Assembly: GCA_963728205.1 (NCBI GenBank)
Contig: CAVSIV010000001.1
Location: 608,001 to 672,000, forward strand
DNA length: 64,000 nucleotides
Source of the DNA: an uncultured Chloroflexia bacterium
GTDB taxonomy: Bacteria; Chloroflexota; Dehalococcoidia; UBA2979
Direction: 5' to 3'
The notes under the pieces are model-generated. The model saw nothing but the letters and a program-made list of their open reading frames with translations. It made no database searches and had not been told where the DNA came from. This document shows, piece after piece, positions 27,703 through 36,126 of the stretch. Each line of letters starts with the position of its first letter. The first letter of the stretch is position 1. A program made the translations under genes and the position numbers.

Positions 27703-28200
27703 TTAGCTTGCGCCGTTCATCGCGTCGGCTGCGTGCAGCACGGCGCGGATGATCTTGTCGTAGCCCGTGCACCGGCAGAGGTTGCCGGCGAGCCAGAAGC
27801 GCGCCTCGGCCTCCGTCGGATGTGGGTTCTCGTCGAGCAGCGCCTTCGACGCCATCAGGAACCCCGGCGTGCAGATGCCGCACTGCAGCGCGGCGTCCTC
27901 GAGGAACGCCTGCTGCAGCGGGTGCAGCGCTTCCGGTTGCGCGAGGCCCTCGATCGTCGTGAGCTCGGCGCCCTCGACCTCCGCGGCCATCACGCAGCAG
28001 GAGTTCACGAGGCGACCGTCGAGGATCACGGCGCACGCGCCGCAGTTCCCGTTGTTGCAGCCTTCCTTGGCGCCCGTGAGGCCGATGCGCTCGCGCAGCG
28101 CCTCCAGCAGGCTGTCACGCTCGTCGGCGAGGAAGCTGCGCTCCTCGCCGTTGATCGTCGCGGTGACGACGATGCGGTCGGTCTTGACCCGGTTCGACAA
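27703..28200 (-). CDS. (2Fe-2S)-binding small subunit of Mo hydroxylase (CoxS/CutS family)
   Basis: GAKEGCNNGNCGAC, QCGICTPG, GNLCRCTGY. Confidence 0.95.
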   Translation of the reverse strand: MSNRVKTDRIVVTATINGEERSFLADERDSLLEALRERIGLTGAKEGCNNGNCGACAVILDGRLVNSCCVMAAEVEGAELTTIEGLAQPEALHPLQQAFLEDAALQCGICTPGFLMASKALLDENPHPTEAEARFWLAGNLCRCTGYDKIIRAVLHAADAMNGAS

Positions 28201-28212
28201 CTCGACCCCCGT

Positions 28213-29082
28213 CTATCCCTGCCCGCGCGCGCGCTCGACGGCGCGGCGGAGCGTCCGCTCGGTGAGCACCTTCGCCAGGTGCCGTCGCTGCTTGATCGAG
28301 CCGCGCATGTCGTCGATCGGCACCGCGGCGCTCTTCGCGGCCTCGGCGGCCGCGGCAATCGTCTCGTCCGTCGCCGGCTTGCCGACGAGCGCGGCGGCCG
28401 CCGCGTCCACCACGATCGCCGTCGGCGCGACGGCGCCCACGGCGATCGTGGCGGCGGTCACCGTGTCGCCGTCGAGCTGCACGGCCGCGCCGACGTTGAC
28501 GACCGCGATGTCCATCTCGTTGCGCGGGATGAACCGCTGCCACGCCGCCCCGCTGCCGGCCGCCGGCCGCGGGAAGCGGATCGACGTCACGAACTCGCCG
28601 GCCTCGAGCACGTTGCGCCCGGGCCCGGTGTTGAACTGGGCGACGGGCACGTCGCGCTCGCCGTTCGGCCCGGCGACGTGCGCCACGCCGCCGAGCACGA
28701 TCATCGCCGGCACCGTGTCCGCCGCCGGCGACGAGTTGCAGAGGTTGCCGCCGAGGCTGGCCCGCCCCTGGATCGCCGTGCCGCCGACCACGTGCGCGGC
28801 CTCGACGAGCGCCGGCCACGTCTTCGCGATCGCGGCGTCGCCGTACACCCGGTAGAGCGGCACCGCCGCGCCGACGGTCAGCCCGTCGCCGTCGTGCCGG
28901 ATGTCCATCAGCTCCGGGATGTGCTTGATGTCGACGAAGAGGTCAATCTCGCGCCGGCGCTCGCGCGCCTGCACGATCACGTCGGTGCCGCCGGCCAGCG
29001 GCCGGGCGAACCCCCCGCCGTCCTGCAGCAGGCGCACCGCCTCGGCTACCGAGGTGGCGCGCTTGTATTTCACCGCCTGCAT
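28213..29082 (-). CDS. FAD-binding medium subunit of Mo hydroxylase (CoxM/CutM family)
   Basis: LAGGTD, IQGRASLGGNLCNSSPAAD, PIDDMRGS. Confidence 0.95.
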   Translation of the reverse strand: MQAVKYKRATSVAEAVRLLQDGGGFARPLAGGTDVIVQARERRREIDLFVDIKHIPELMDIRHDGDGLTVGAAVPLYRVYGDAAIAKTWPALVEAAHVVGGTAIQGRASLGGNLCNSSPAADTVPAMIVLGGVAHVAGPNGERDVPVAQFNTGPGRNVLEAGEFVTSIRFPRPAAGSGAAWQRFIPRNEMDIAVVNVGAAVQLDGDTVTAATIAVGAVAPTAIVVDAAAAALVGKPATDETIAAAAEAAKSAAVPIDDMRGSIKQRRHLAKVLTERTLRRAVERARGQG

Positions 29083-29266
29083 CCGCCGTGCCTCCGTTCG
29101 CGCATCCGCGCAAGCATACAGGGGCCCGGTCGTGTTGCTTGCCGCTGCAAGACGTCCGGGCGGAATCGTGGCGACGGGTGCCGGATGCCCCGACGCGTCG
29201 CGCGCCTATTCTGCCTGATTGCGTGCCGGCTCACAAAGCCCCGACGGGGAAGCGGGCGGCCACAGT

Positions 29267-29464
29267 CTAGGAGCGGTCGATCTCGTCGCGCGGGCGGAGG
29301 AGCGCGCCGGCGATGACGGCAACGCCGAGCGCAATGACGGCGATCGAGAAGACGACGTCGGCGCGCAGCCGCAGCACGTCGTAGGCGTCGAGCGCGAAGA
29401 GCACGCCGAGACCGACGAACACGGCGCCGATCACCACGGCGGTCAGGCTGAATCGCTCGCTCAT
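29267..29464 (-). CDS. Small two-TM membrane protein (65 aa)
   Basis: MSERFSLTAVVIGAVFVGLG...; TGATG overlap with the PspC-domain gene stop. Confidence 0.7.
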   Translation of the reverse strand: MSERFSLTAVVIGAVFVGLGVLFALDAYDVLRLRADVVFSIAVIALGVAVIAGALLRPRDEIDRS

Positions 29465-30414
29465 CACCGCACCGCGGCCGATCCGAACACGTTTGAGAGG
29501 TCGATCTCCAGCCGCCGCTGCGCCTGCGCGTAGCCGGAGCCCGTGACCTGGTGGTCGACGCTCACGCCATCGAACGAGCGCCCCAGGATCTGGCTGCTGC
29601 CGAACACCGTCTGCCCGGTGACGCGCGCCGGGACCCCGGGCGGCAGCATGACGGTGACGTCGCCGAAGGCCATGCTCACGTTCACGTGCGTCGTGCCCTC
29701 GGCGAGGGGCACGTCGCGCAGGTCGACCACCAGCGAGCCGAAGGCGTGGCTGTAGTCGCCCTGGAGGTCGGCGAGCGTCTGCGGCCGCTCGGTGCGGTCG
29801 CCGAAGCCGCTCTGCATGCCGATATGCGGCGTCGCGCTCGTGACGGCCGCGAGTCCGGCGAACAGCAGCGCGAGCGCGACGAGGCCGCCGTGCACCCCGT
29901 GGCGGGCGTCGACGATGATGCCGAGCCCGGTGAGCACCAGCAGCCCCGCGAAGATCGCCTCCCACGGCGGCGCGGGGACGTCCACGGTGCGCGCCAGCGC
30001 GATCGCCCCGACGACAATCAGCAGCACGCCGACGACGACGCCGGCCGTCGCGGACGACTCGCGCCGGCGGTGGGCCCGGACGGGCGCTGACGCGCCGACG
30101 GTGCCCTCGCCCTCGGGCATGATGATCATCGCGAGCAGGTAGAACGCCCCGAACAGGCCGCCCGTCACGACGAGCAGTACGACGAACGCGATGCGCACGA
30201 GCACGGGGTCGACGTCGAGGTACTCGGCGAAGCCGCCGGCGACGCCGGCAATCACACGATCGACGTTCGAGCGGGTCAGGTGGTGACGTGAGGGTGGCGG
30301 CGCGCCCGGCGGCTCCGCCGGCAGCGCGCCCGGCGGCTCCGCCGGCGGCGCGCCCGGCGCCTGCGGCGCCTCGGGCGCGGGTGGTGCGTTCGGGTCGGGC
30401 TCGTCGGTCGGCAT
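29464..30414 (-). CDS. PspC domain plus LiaF-like (DUF2154) envelope stress membrane protein
   Basis: LTRSNVDRVIAGVAGGFAEYLDVDPVLVRI (PspC), TM helices, C-terminal FGSLVVDL...FGDVTVMLP beta repeats; ATG at 30414. Confidence 0.85.
   Translation of the reverse strand: MPTDEPDPNAPPAPEAPQAPGAPPAEPPGALPAEPPGAPPPSRHHLTRSNVDRVIAGVAGGFAEYLDVDPVLVRIAFVVLLVVTGGLFGAFYLLAMIIMPEGEGTVGASAPVRAHRRRESSATAGVVVGVLLIVVGAIALARTVDVPAPPWEAIFAGLLVLTGLGIIVDARHGVHGGLVALALLFAGLAAVTSATPHIGMQSGFGDRTERPQTLADLQGDYSHAFGSLVVDLRDVPLAEGTTHVNVSMAFGDVTVMLPPGVPARVTGQTVFGSSQILGRSFDGVSVDHQVTGSGYAQAQRRLEIDLSNVFGSAAVR
30301..30360. repeat. 24-bp tandem repeat (~2.5 copies) encoding PAEPPGA in the Pro-rich N-terminus
   Basis: CGCGCCCGGCGGCTCCGCCGGCRG repeated. 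Confidence 0.7.
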
Positions 30415-30514
30415 GGCGCCGCCTCGCCTTCTGCCGACCGATCGTACGCCGATCGCTCGCCGGCGCGCGTGCCGATCGGCCGCCTTCGCGGGTGCCCTTC
30501 GCCACCTGCCCCAA

Positions 30515-31462
30515 TCAGTGCCCGCGCCCGTGCGCGAGCCGGTCGAGCGAGCGCATCTGCACGGTGAGCAGCGAGATGTACGGCGTCGCGACGCCGAGCG
30601 CCTCGGCGCGCCGCAGCGGCTCGCCAAAGATCGCCTCGACCTCCATCGGCCGGCCCTCGACGAAGTCAATCATCGTGCTCGGCCGGTAGACGGCCATCGC
30701 GTCCGTGAGCGTCATCATCGTGCGGGTCATCGCGTCGGCGTCGTGGCGCGCGGCCTCGCCGTGTGCCGCGAGGTCGGCGTTGCCGGCGGCGACGACCTCG
30801 CGGATGGTCGCCTCCGCGGCGGCGCGCAGCCCGGGCTGCCCGAGGATCCGGTCGGTGGTGACGCCGCCGGCGGTGACCGCGAGGCCGTTGAACGGGATGT
30901 TCCAGCACAGCTTCTGCCAGCGCGCCGCGAGCAGCGACGGCGACGTCGCGACCTGGACGCGCGCGCCCGCCCACAGCGCCGCCGCCGCGGTGAGCGCGGC
31001 GGAATCGTCCTCGAGGTGCCCGATCGTGACCGGGCCGTAGTCGAGGTGGTGCACCGTTCCCGGCTCGCCGCGGTTGATGCAGGTGAAGGCCAGCCCGCCG
31101 AACACGCGCGCTGGGCCGAACCAGTCGGCGAAGCGCTCCTCGAGCCCGAGCCCGTTCATCAGCACCAGCACGCGCGTCTCCGCGCCGACGCACGGCGCGA
31201 CGAGCGCGCGTGCCTCCTCGATCGCGGTCGCCTTGAGCGCGCAGAGCACCCAGTCGACCGGGCCAATCGCGTCGCTCGTGCGCGCAATCGCCGGGCGGTC
31301 GAGCGCGAAGTCGCCGTCCTTGCTCTCGATGCGCAGGCCGCCGACCGCGACCGCGTCGTAGTCGCGTCGCATCAGGAAGTGCACGTCGTGCCCCGCCTCG
31401 GCGAGGCGGGCGCCGTAGTAGCAGCCGACCGCGCCGGCGCCAATCACCGCGACCCGGCTCAC
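30515..31462 (-). CDS. 2-dehydropantoate 2-reductase (ApbA/PanE family)
   Basis: VIGAGAVG, ALKA, LMNGLG, WQKLCWNIPFN, PSTMID, EVEAI; GTG at 31462 overlapping upstream stop. Confidence 0.9.
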   Translation of the reverse strand: MSRVAVIGAGAVGCYYGARLAEAGHDVHFLMRRDYDAVAVGGLRIESKDGDFALDRPAIARTSDAIGPVDWVLCALKATAIEEARALVAPCVGAETRVLVLMNGLGLEERFADWFGPARVFGGLAFTCINRGEPGTVHHLDYGPVTIGHLEDDSAALTAAAALWAGARVQVATSPSLLAARWQKLCWNIPFNGLAVTAGGVTTDRILGQPGLRAAAEATIREVVAAGNADLAAHGEAARHDADAMTRTMMTLTDAMAVYRPSTMIDFVEGRPMEVEAIFGEPLRRAEALGVATPYISLLTVQMRSLDRLAHGRGH

Positions 31463-32442
31463 GCGCTGCCCTCGCGCACCGTGAGCACGACCTTGCCGGT
31501 GGAGCGCCGGTCGCGGAGCAGGCGCAGCGCGTCGACCGCGCGCGCGAGCGGCAACGTCTGCGACACGAACGGCCGCAGCCGCCCCTCGGCGTGCCAGCGC
31601 ACGAGCTCGTCCATCGCCGCCGTGACGGCGTCGGGCCGGTGGCGTCGCAACTGGCCGAGACTGAGGCCGAGCGCGGAAGCGTCCTTGACCAGCAGGTGGT
31701 TGGCGGGGATCTGCGGGACCGTGCCGCTCGCGAAGCCGATGATCAGGATGCGGCCGCCCGGCCGGATCACGTGCAGTGACGCCGTGAAGGCGTCGCCGCC
31801 CACGGGGTCGTAGACGACGTCCGCGCCGCCGGCCAGCGCCGTGACGCGCTCGCGGATGTCCTCGGTCGCGTAGTTCACGAGGTGGTCGGCGCCGTGCTCG
31901 CGCGCGACCGCGAGCTTCTCGGCGCTGCTCGCGGTCGCGATCACGGTCGCGCCGACCGCCTTCCCGACCTCCACCGCGGTCAGGCCCACGCCGCCCGAGG
32001 CGCCGTGCACGAGCAGCACCTCCCCCGGCTCGAGCCGCGCGCGGTGCCGCAGCGCCAGGTGCGACGTCGCGTAGACGACGGGGAACGCCGCGGCGGTGGC
32101 GAAGTCCATGCCCGGCGGGATGCGCGCGACGTCGTCCGCGCGCGCGACGGCCTGCTCGGCGAACCCGCCGTGGTCGAGGAACGCGAGCACGCGGTCCCCC
32201 GGCGCGACGCGCGTGACGCCGGGTGCGACCTCCGACACGACGCCGGCCGCCTCCATCCCCGGCGCGAAGGGGTGCGCGGGCTTCTCCTGGTACTCGCCGC
32301 GCGTGATCAGCACGTCGGCGAAGTTCACGCCGGCCGCGTGCACGTCGATGCGCACGCCGCCGGCGGACAGCGTCGGCGGCGCGACGTCTTCGACGCGCAG
32401 CGTCTCGATCTCGCCGGGGGCGTGGCAGACGACGGCGCGCAC
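31459..32442 (-). CDS. NADPH:quinone oxidoreductase family (MDR) protein
   Basis: GVNFAD, PGMEAAG, VHGASGGVG, YDPVGG, IGFASG, GKVVL; GTG at 32442 after GAGGAG. Confidence 0.92.
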   Translation of the reverse strand: MRAVVCHAPGEIETLRVEDVAPPTLSAGGVRIDVHAAGVNFADVLITRGEYQEKPAHPFAPGMEAAGVVSEVAPGVTRVAPGDRVLAFLDHGGFAEQAVARADDVARIPPGMDFATAAAFPVVYATSHLALRHRARLEPGEVLLVHGASGGVGLTAVEVGKAVGATVIATASSAEKLAVAREHGADHLVNYATEDIRERVTALAGGADVVYDPVGGDAFTASLHVIRPGGRILIIGFASGTVPQIPANHLLVKDASALGLSLGQLRRHRPDAVTAAMDELVRWHAEGRLRPFVSQTLPLARAVDALRLLRDRRSTGKVVLTVREGSA

Positions 32443-32604
32443 GCACGGGCTCCTCTCGCGCGCCGCGATTCTACCGACGGGGAGGCGGGTTCGAGCGGCG
32501 GCGGTGAAGGCGCCGGTCGAGCCCGCCAGCTTCATTCGCTGAATGCAGGGAGAACACCTGTGCTGATACCATCCGCCGCGGCGGGCGGAGCGGGGAGGTG
32601 GACG

Positions 32605-33132
32605 ATGGCGACGTGGGGCGAGTTCGCCGGCGGTGCGGCCGGGCTGGTGGAGGTGCGACCGGACCGCGGCCCGGGCGCTGCGCCCGGGCCATGGGAGGCC
32701 GTCGCGGGGGGCGCGGCCGCGATGGCGGCGGCCGGTGAGCGGCTGCTCAACGCGCCGCCGGTCGGCATCGCGCTGCTCGCGACGGTCTCGTCCGCCGGCC
32801 GGCCGCGCGTGCACCCGTTCATGCCGCGCGTGATCGACGGCCGGCTGTGGGCCTTTGTGATCGCCGACTCGCCCAAGGCGCGCGACCTGCTGAGCCGCCC
32901 GTACACAATGCACTCGCAGCCGACCGACGAGGACGAGGAGTTCTGGGTGAGCGGCCGCGCGCACGCAGTCGATGACGCCGCTACGGTCGCCCGCCTCGCC
33001 GCGGTCATGGAGTGGGCCCGTACCGACGAGGAGCGGCTCTTCGCCTTCGACGTCGAGCTGGCCGGCTGGACCCGCTGGCTCGACTTCACGAAGCCGGGCC
33101 ACCGCCCGCTGCACGAGCGCTGGCGCGCGTAA
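32605..33132 (+). CDS. Pyridoxamine 5'-phosphate oxidase-like (split-barrel, possibly F420-dependent) protein
   Basis: LATVSSAGRPRVHP, SPKARDL, EFWVSGRA; GGAGG before ATG at 32605. Confidence 0.8.
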   Translation: MATWGEFAGGAAGLVEVRPDRGPGAAPGPWEAVAGGAAAMAAAGERLLNAPPVGIALLATVSSAGRPRVHPFMPRVIDGRLWAFVIADSPKARDLLSRPYTMHSQPTDEDEEFWVSGRAHAVDDAATVARLAAVMEWARTDEERLFAFDVELAGWTRWLDFTKPGHRPLHERWRA

Positions 33133-33147
33133 CTCCCGCGGACCCAC

Positions 33148-33223
33148 AGCGGTGGCAGACATGCCGCCGACAGGTCGCGGCTGCGAAGGCCGCGTTCGCG
33201 TCGGCGGCATCTCTGCCACCGCT
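33148..33223. repeat. REP-like inverted doublet (two 24-bp units)
   Basis: AGCGGTGGCAGACATGCCGCCGAC (33148-33171) and inverted copy 33200-33223 with one mismatch. Confidence 0.8.
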
Positions 33224-33311
33224 TTGTCGACAAGTCCCGCGCTCAGCACGCCCACCGCGGACCGGGTGACGGCGTGCCCTATCATCGCGGCGCAGCGAGG
33301 GGGTGTGCGTG

Positions 33312-34913
33312 ATGACGACCGGCACGAAGCGAAAGCCCAGCCTCTGGATCTTCGGGCTGGAGTCCGAGGAGCCCACGTACGAGGAGCGCGTCGCGCACGC
33401 GTCGAAGCTCTCGTCGCAGCTCGGCGTGACGCTCACCGCGCCGCGCATCCCGACCGCCGACGAGCTCACGCTGCGCGCGCCGCGCATCCAGCCGCCCGCC
33501 GCGCTCGCGGCGTTCTGCATGCAGGACAACTGGGAGCGCGCCTTCCACGCCTACGGCGCCGATCGCAGCCAGTACGCCGTCTACGGCGAGTACCCGAACC
33601 CGCCCGACGTCGTCGCGCATCCGCGTACCGAGGCCGAGCTCGAGGCCACGCTCGAGTGGTGCTCGGACGCCGGGCACATCGTCGTGCCCTACGGGGGCGG
33701 CTCGTCGGTCGTCGAAGGCGTCACCCCACCGGCCGACCGCGGCCCGGTCGTGACCATCGACATGGACCGCTTCGACCGCGTGCTCGAGATCGACGAGGTC
33801 TCGCGCGCGGCGCGCATCCAGGCCGGCGTCTTCGGCCCGCACCTGGAGGACCAGCTGCGCTCGCACGGCTACACGCTGCGCCACTTCCCCCAGTCGTTCG
33901 CGCACTCGACGCTCGGCGGCTGGATCGCAACGCGTTCGGGCGGCCACTACGCGACGAACCACACGCACATCGACGAGTTCGTGGAGTCGGCGCGCATGCT
34001 CACGCCGCGCGGGTGGTGGGAGCCGCGCCGCCTCCCCGCGCACGGCGCCGGCCCCGACGCCAATCGCATCGCGATCGGCAGCGAGGGCATCCTCGGCATC
34101 ATCACCGAGGCGTGGATGCGCATCCAGGCGCGCCCGAAGTTCCGCGCGACGGCCGGCGTCCGCTTCCCCTCGTGGCGCGAGGCGTACGAGGGCGCGCGCC
34201 ACATCGTGCAGGCCAAGCTGTGGCCCGCGAACCTGCGCGCGCTCGATCCCGAGCTGGCGCGCAGCGGCGCCGGCATGGACGGCACCGAGGCGCTGCTGAT
34301 CGTCGGCTTCGAGTCGGCCGAGCTGTCGCAGCGGGGGCCGATCGCGCAGGCGGTGGAGATCGCACGCGCGTACGGCGGGATCGTCGACGACGACGAGGTG
34401 CAGATCGACGACGGCACCGGCCAGCCGACGGGGCGCGGCGGCGCGGTCGGCGCATGGCGCGACACGTTCATCCCGCGCGGCGGCGGGCTCGCCGCCGGCC
34501 TGGGCATGGTGGGCGGCACGTTCGAGACGGCGATCACGTGGGACCGCTGGCCGGAGTTCGACGCGACGGTGCGCGAGCGCACGATGCGCGCGTTGAACGA
34601 GATCTTCGGCGGCGGCACGCTGAACTGCCGCTTCACCCACGTCTACACCGACGGGCCCGCGCCGTACTACACGTACTCCGGTGCCTACCGCGCCGGCGAC
34701 TGGCGTGAGCAGCAGCGCCAGCTCAAGCAGGCGGCGTCCGAGGCGATCATGGACGCGGGCGGCACGATCACGCACCACCACGCGGTCGGCCGCCAGCATC
34801 GCCCGTGGTACGACGTCGAGCGCCCGGAGCTGTTCGCCGACGTGCTGCGCGCAGCCAAGCGCACGCTCGACCCGAACGGGGTGCTCAACCCCGGCGTGCT
34901 GATCGACCCGTAG
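33312..34913 (+). CDS. FAD-linked oxidoreductase, alkyl-DHAP synthase-like (VAO/PCMH family)
   Basis: PYGGGSSV, RHFPQSF, STLGGWIATR, GSEGILGII, THHHAVG, LDPNGVLNPG. Confidence 0.9.
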   Translation: MTTGTKRKPSLWIFGLESEEPTYEERVAHASKLSSQLGVTLTAPRIPTADELTLRAPRIQPPAALAAFCMQDNWERAFHAYGADRSQYAVYGEYPNPPDVVAHPRTEAELEATLEWCSDAGHIVVPYGGGSSVVEGVTPPADRGPVVTIDMDRFDRVLEIDEVSRAARIQAGVFGPHLEDQLRSHGYTLRHFPQSFAHSTLGGWIATRSGGHYATNHTHIDEFVESARMLTPRGWWEPRRLPAHGAGPDANRIAIGSEGILGIITEAWMRIQARPKFRATAGVRFPSWREAYEGARHIVQAKLWPANLRALDPELARSGAGMDGTEALLIVGFESAELSQRGPIAQAVEIARAYGGIVDDDEVQIDDGTGQPTGRGGAVGAWRDTFIPRGGGLAAGLGMVGGTFETAITWDRWPEFDATVRERTMRALNEIFGGGTLNCRFTHVYTDGPAPYYTYSGAYRAGDWREQQRQLKQAASEAIMDAGGTITHHHAVGRQHRPWYDVERPELFADVLRAAKRTLDPNGVLNPGVLIDP

Positions 34914-34920
34914 CCGCGCG

Positions 34921-36096
34921 ATGACGCCGGCCGCCGCCCCCGACTTCGAACGCGCGCTGGAGCGAGCGGTCCCGTCGACGATCGACGAGGCGATCCGCAT
35001 CTGCGAGATCCCCGCGCCGTCGTTCCACGAGCACGACCGCGCGGCCCACGTGCACGCGCGGCTTGCCGAGATCGACGGCTGGGCGTCGCTGCAGACCGAC
35101 TCCCTGGCCAACGTGGTGGGCGTGCGTCGCGGCGCGCCCGGCCGGGCGCGCGTGCTCGTGGCGGCGCACCTCGACACGGTGTTCCCGGACGCGTCGACGC
35201 CGGTCGTGCGCGAGCGCGGCCGGCTCGTCGGCCGCGGCATCGGCGACAACTCCGTGGCGGTCGCGGCGCTGATCGCGGTCGCGCGGGCGCTGGCGGCGAC
35301 GCGCCCGCGCGGGGTCGGCGACCTGATCCTGGCGGCGAACGTCTGCGAGGAGGGGCGCGGCGACCTGCGCGGCATCCGCCGGCTGTGCGACGACCTTCGC
35401 GGCGAGTACGACGCCGTGATCGCCGTCGAAGGGCTGTCGCTGCATCGCATCCAGACGCGCGGCGTCGCGAGCCTGCGCTACGAGGTCGCGGTGGCGACCG
35501 CCGGCGGCCACTCGTGGGGCGCGTACGGCCGGCCGAACGCGATCGCGATCCTCGCGCGGGCGATCGCCGCGCTCGAGCCGCTGATGCCGGCGGTGGGCGT
35601 GGAGCCCAAGACGACGATGAACGTCGGCGTGATTCGCGGCGGTCGCTCCGTGAACACGATCGCGCCGGAGGCGGCGTTCGAGCTCGACATGCGCTCCGAG
35701 GACCCGGCGGCTCTCGCGACGCTCGACCGCGCCGTGAAGCGCGCGCTGCGGGACGCCGTGCAGGCGGCGCCCATCGCCGAGGGCGAGGAGCGACCGGCGC
35801 TCTCGATCCGGCGCATCGGCAACAGGCCGGGCGGTGCGGTCGCGGAGACGCTGCCGCTGATCGCGGCGATCCAGCGCGCGCGGGCGGCGAGCGGCCTCGC
35901 GCCGGCGCCGTACAACGCGGGCTCCACCGACGCGAACTACCCGATGTCGCTCGGCGTGCCGGCGACCTGCATCGGCGTCACGACCGGGGGCGAGGCGCAC
36001 ACGCCGCGCGAGTGGATGCGGACGGGGCCGCTGCGCCGCGGCCTGCCCTACCTCGGCCGCGCGATCGCCGCGGTCGCGCGGCTGCCGCGCGAGTAG
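34921..36096 (+). CDS. M20/M25/M40 family metallo-hydrolase
   Basis: AHLDTVF, GIGDN, CEEGRGD, GGHSWG, STDAN, AHTPRE. Confidence 0.92.
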   Translation: MTPAAAPDFERALERAVPSTIDEAIRICEIPAPSFHEHDRAAHVHARLAEIDGWASLQTDSLANVVGVRRGAPGRARVLVAAHLDTVFPDASTPVVRERGRLVGRGIGDNSVAVAALIAVARALAATRPRGVGDLILAANVCEEGRGDLRGIRRLCDDLRGEYDAVIAVEGLSLHRIQTRGVASLRYEVAVATAGGHSWGAYGRPNAIAILARAIAALEPLMPAVGVEPKTTMNVGVIRGGRSVNTIAPEAAFELDMRSEDPAALATLDRAVKRALRDAVQAAPIAEGEERPALSIRRIGNRPGGAVAETLPLIAAIQRARAASGLAPAPYNAGSTDANYPMSLGVPATCIGVTTGGEAHTPREWMRTGPLRRGLPYLGRAIAAVARLPRE

Positions 36097-36126
36097 CGCT
36101 CCCCCGACGCTCGAACCAGCCGGCGA

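Noticed and set aside
25261-29082. Aerobic CO dehydrogenase (coxMSL)
   Set aside because: Active-site loop is AYRAPG, not AYxCSFR or AYxGAGR, and no cox accessory genes are adjacent.
29219-29236. CRP/Rex-like site TTGCGTG-CCGG-CTCACAA upstream of the Mo-hydroxylase operon
   Set aside because: Too many mismatches to either consensus to support without a matrix.
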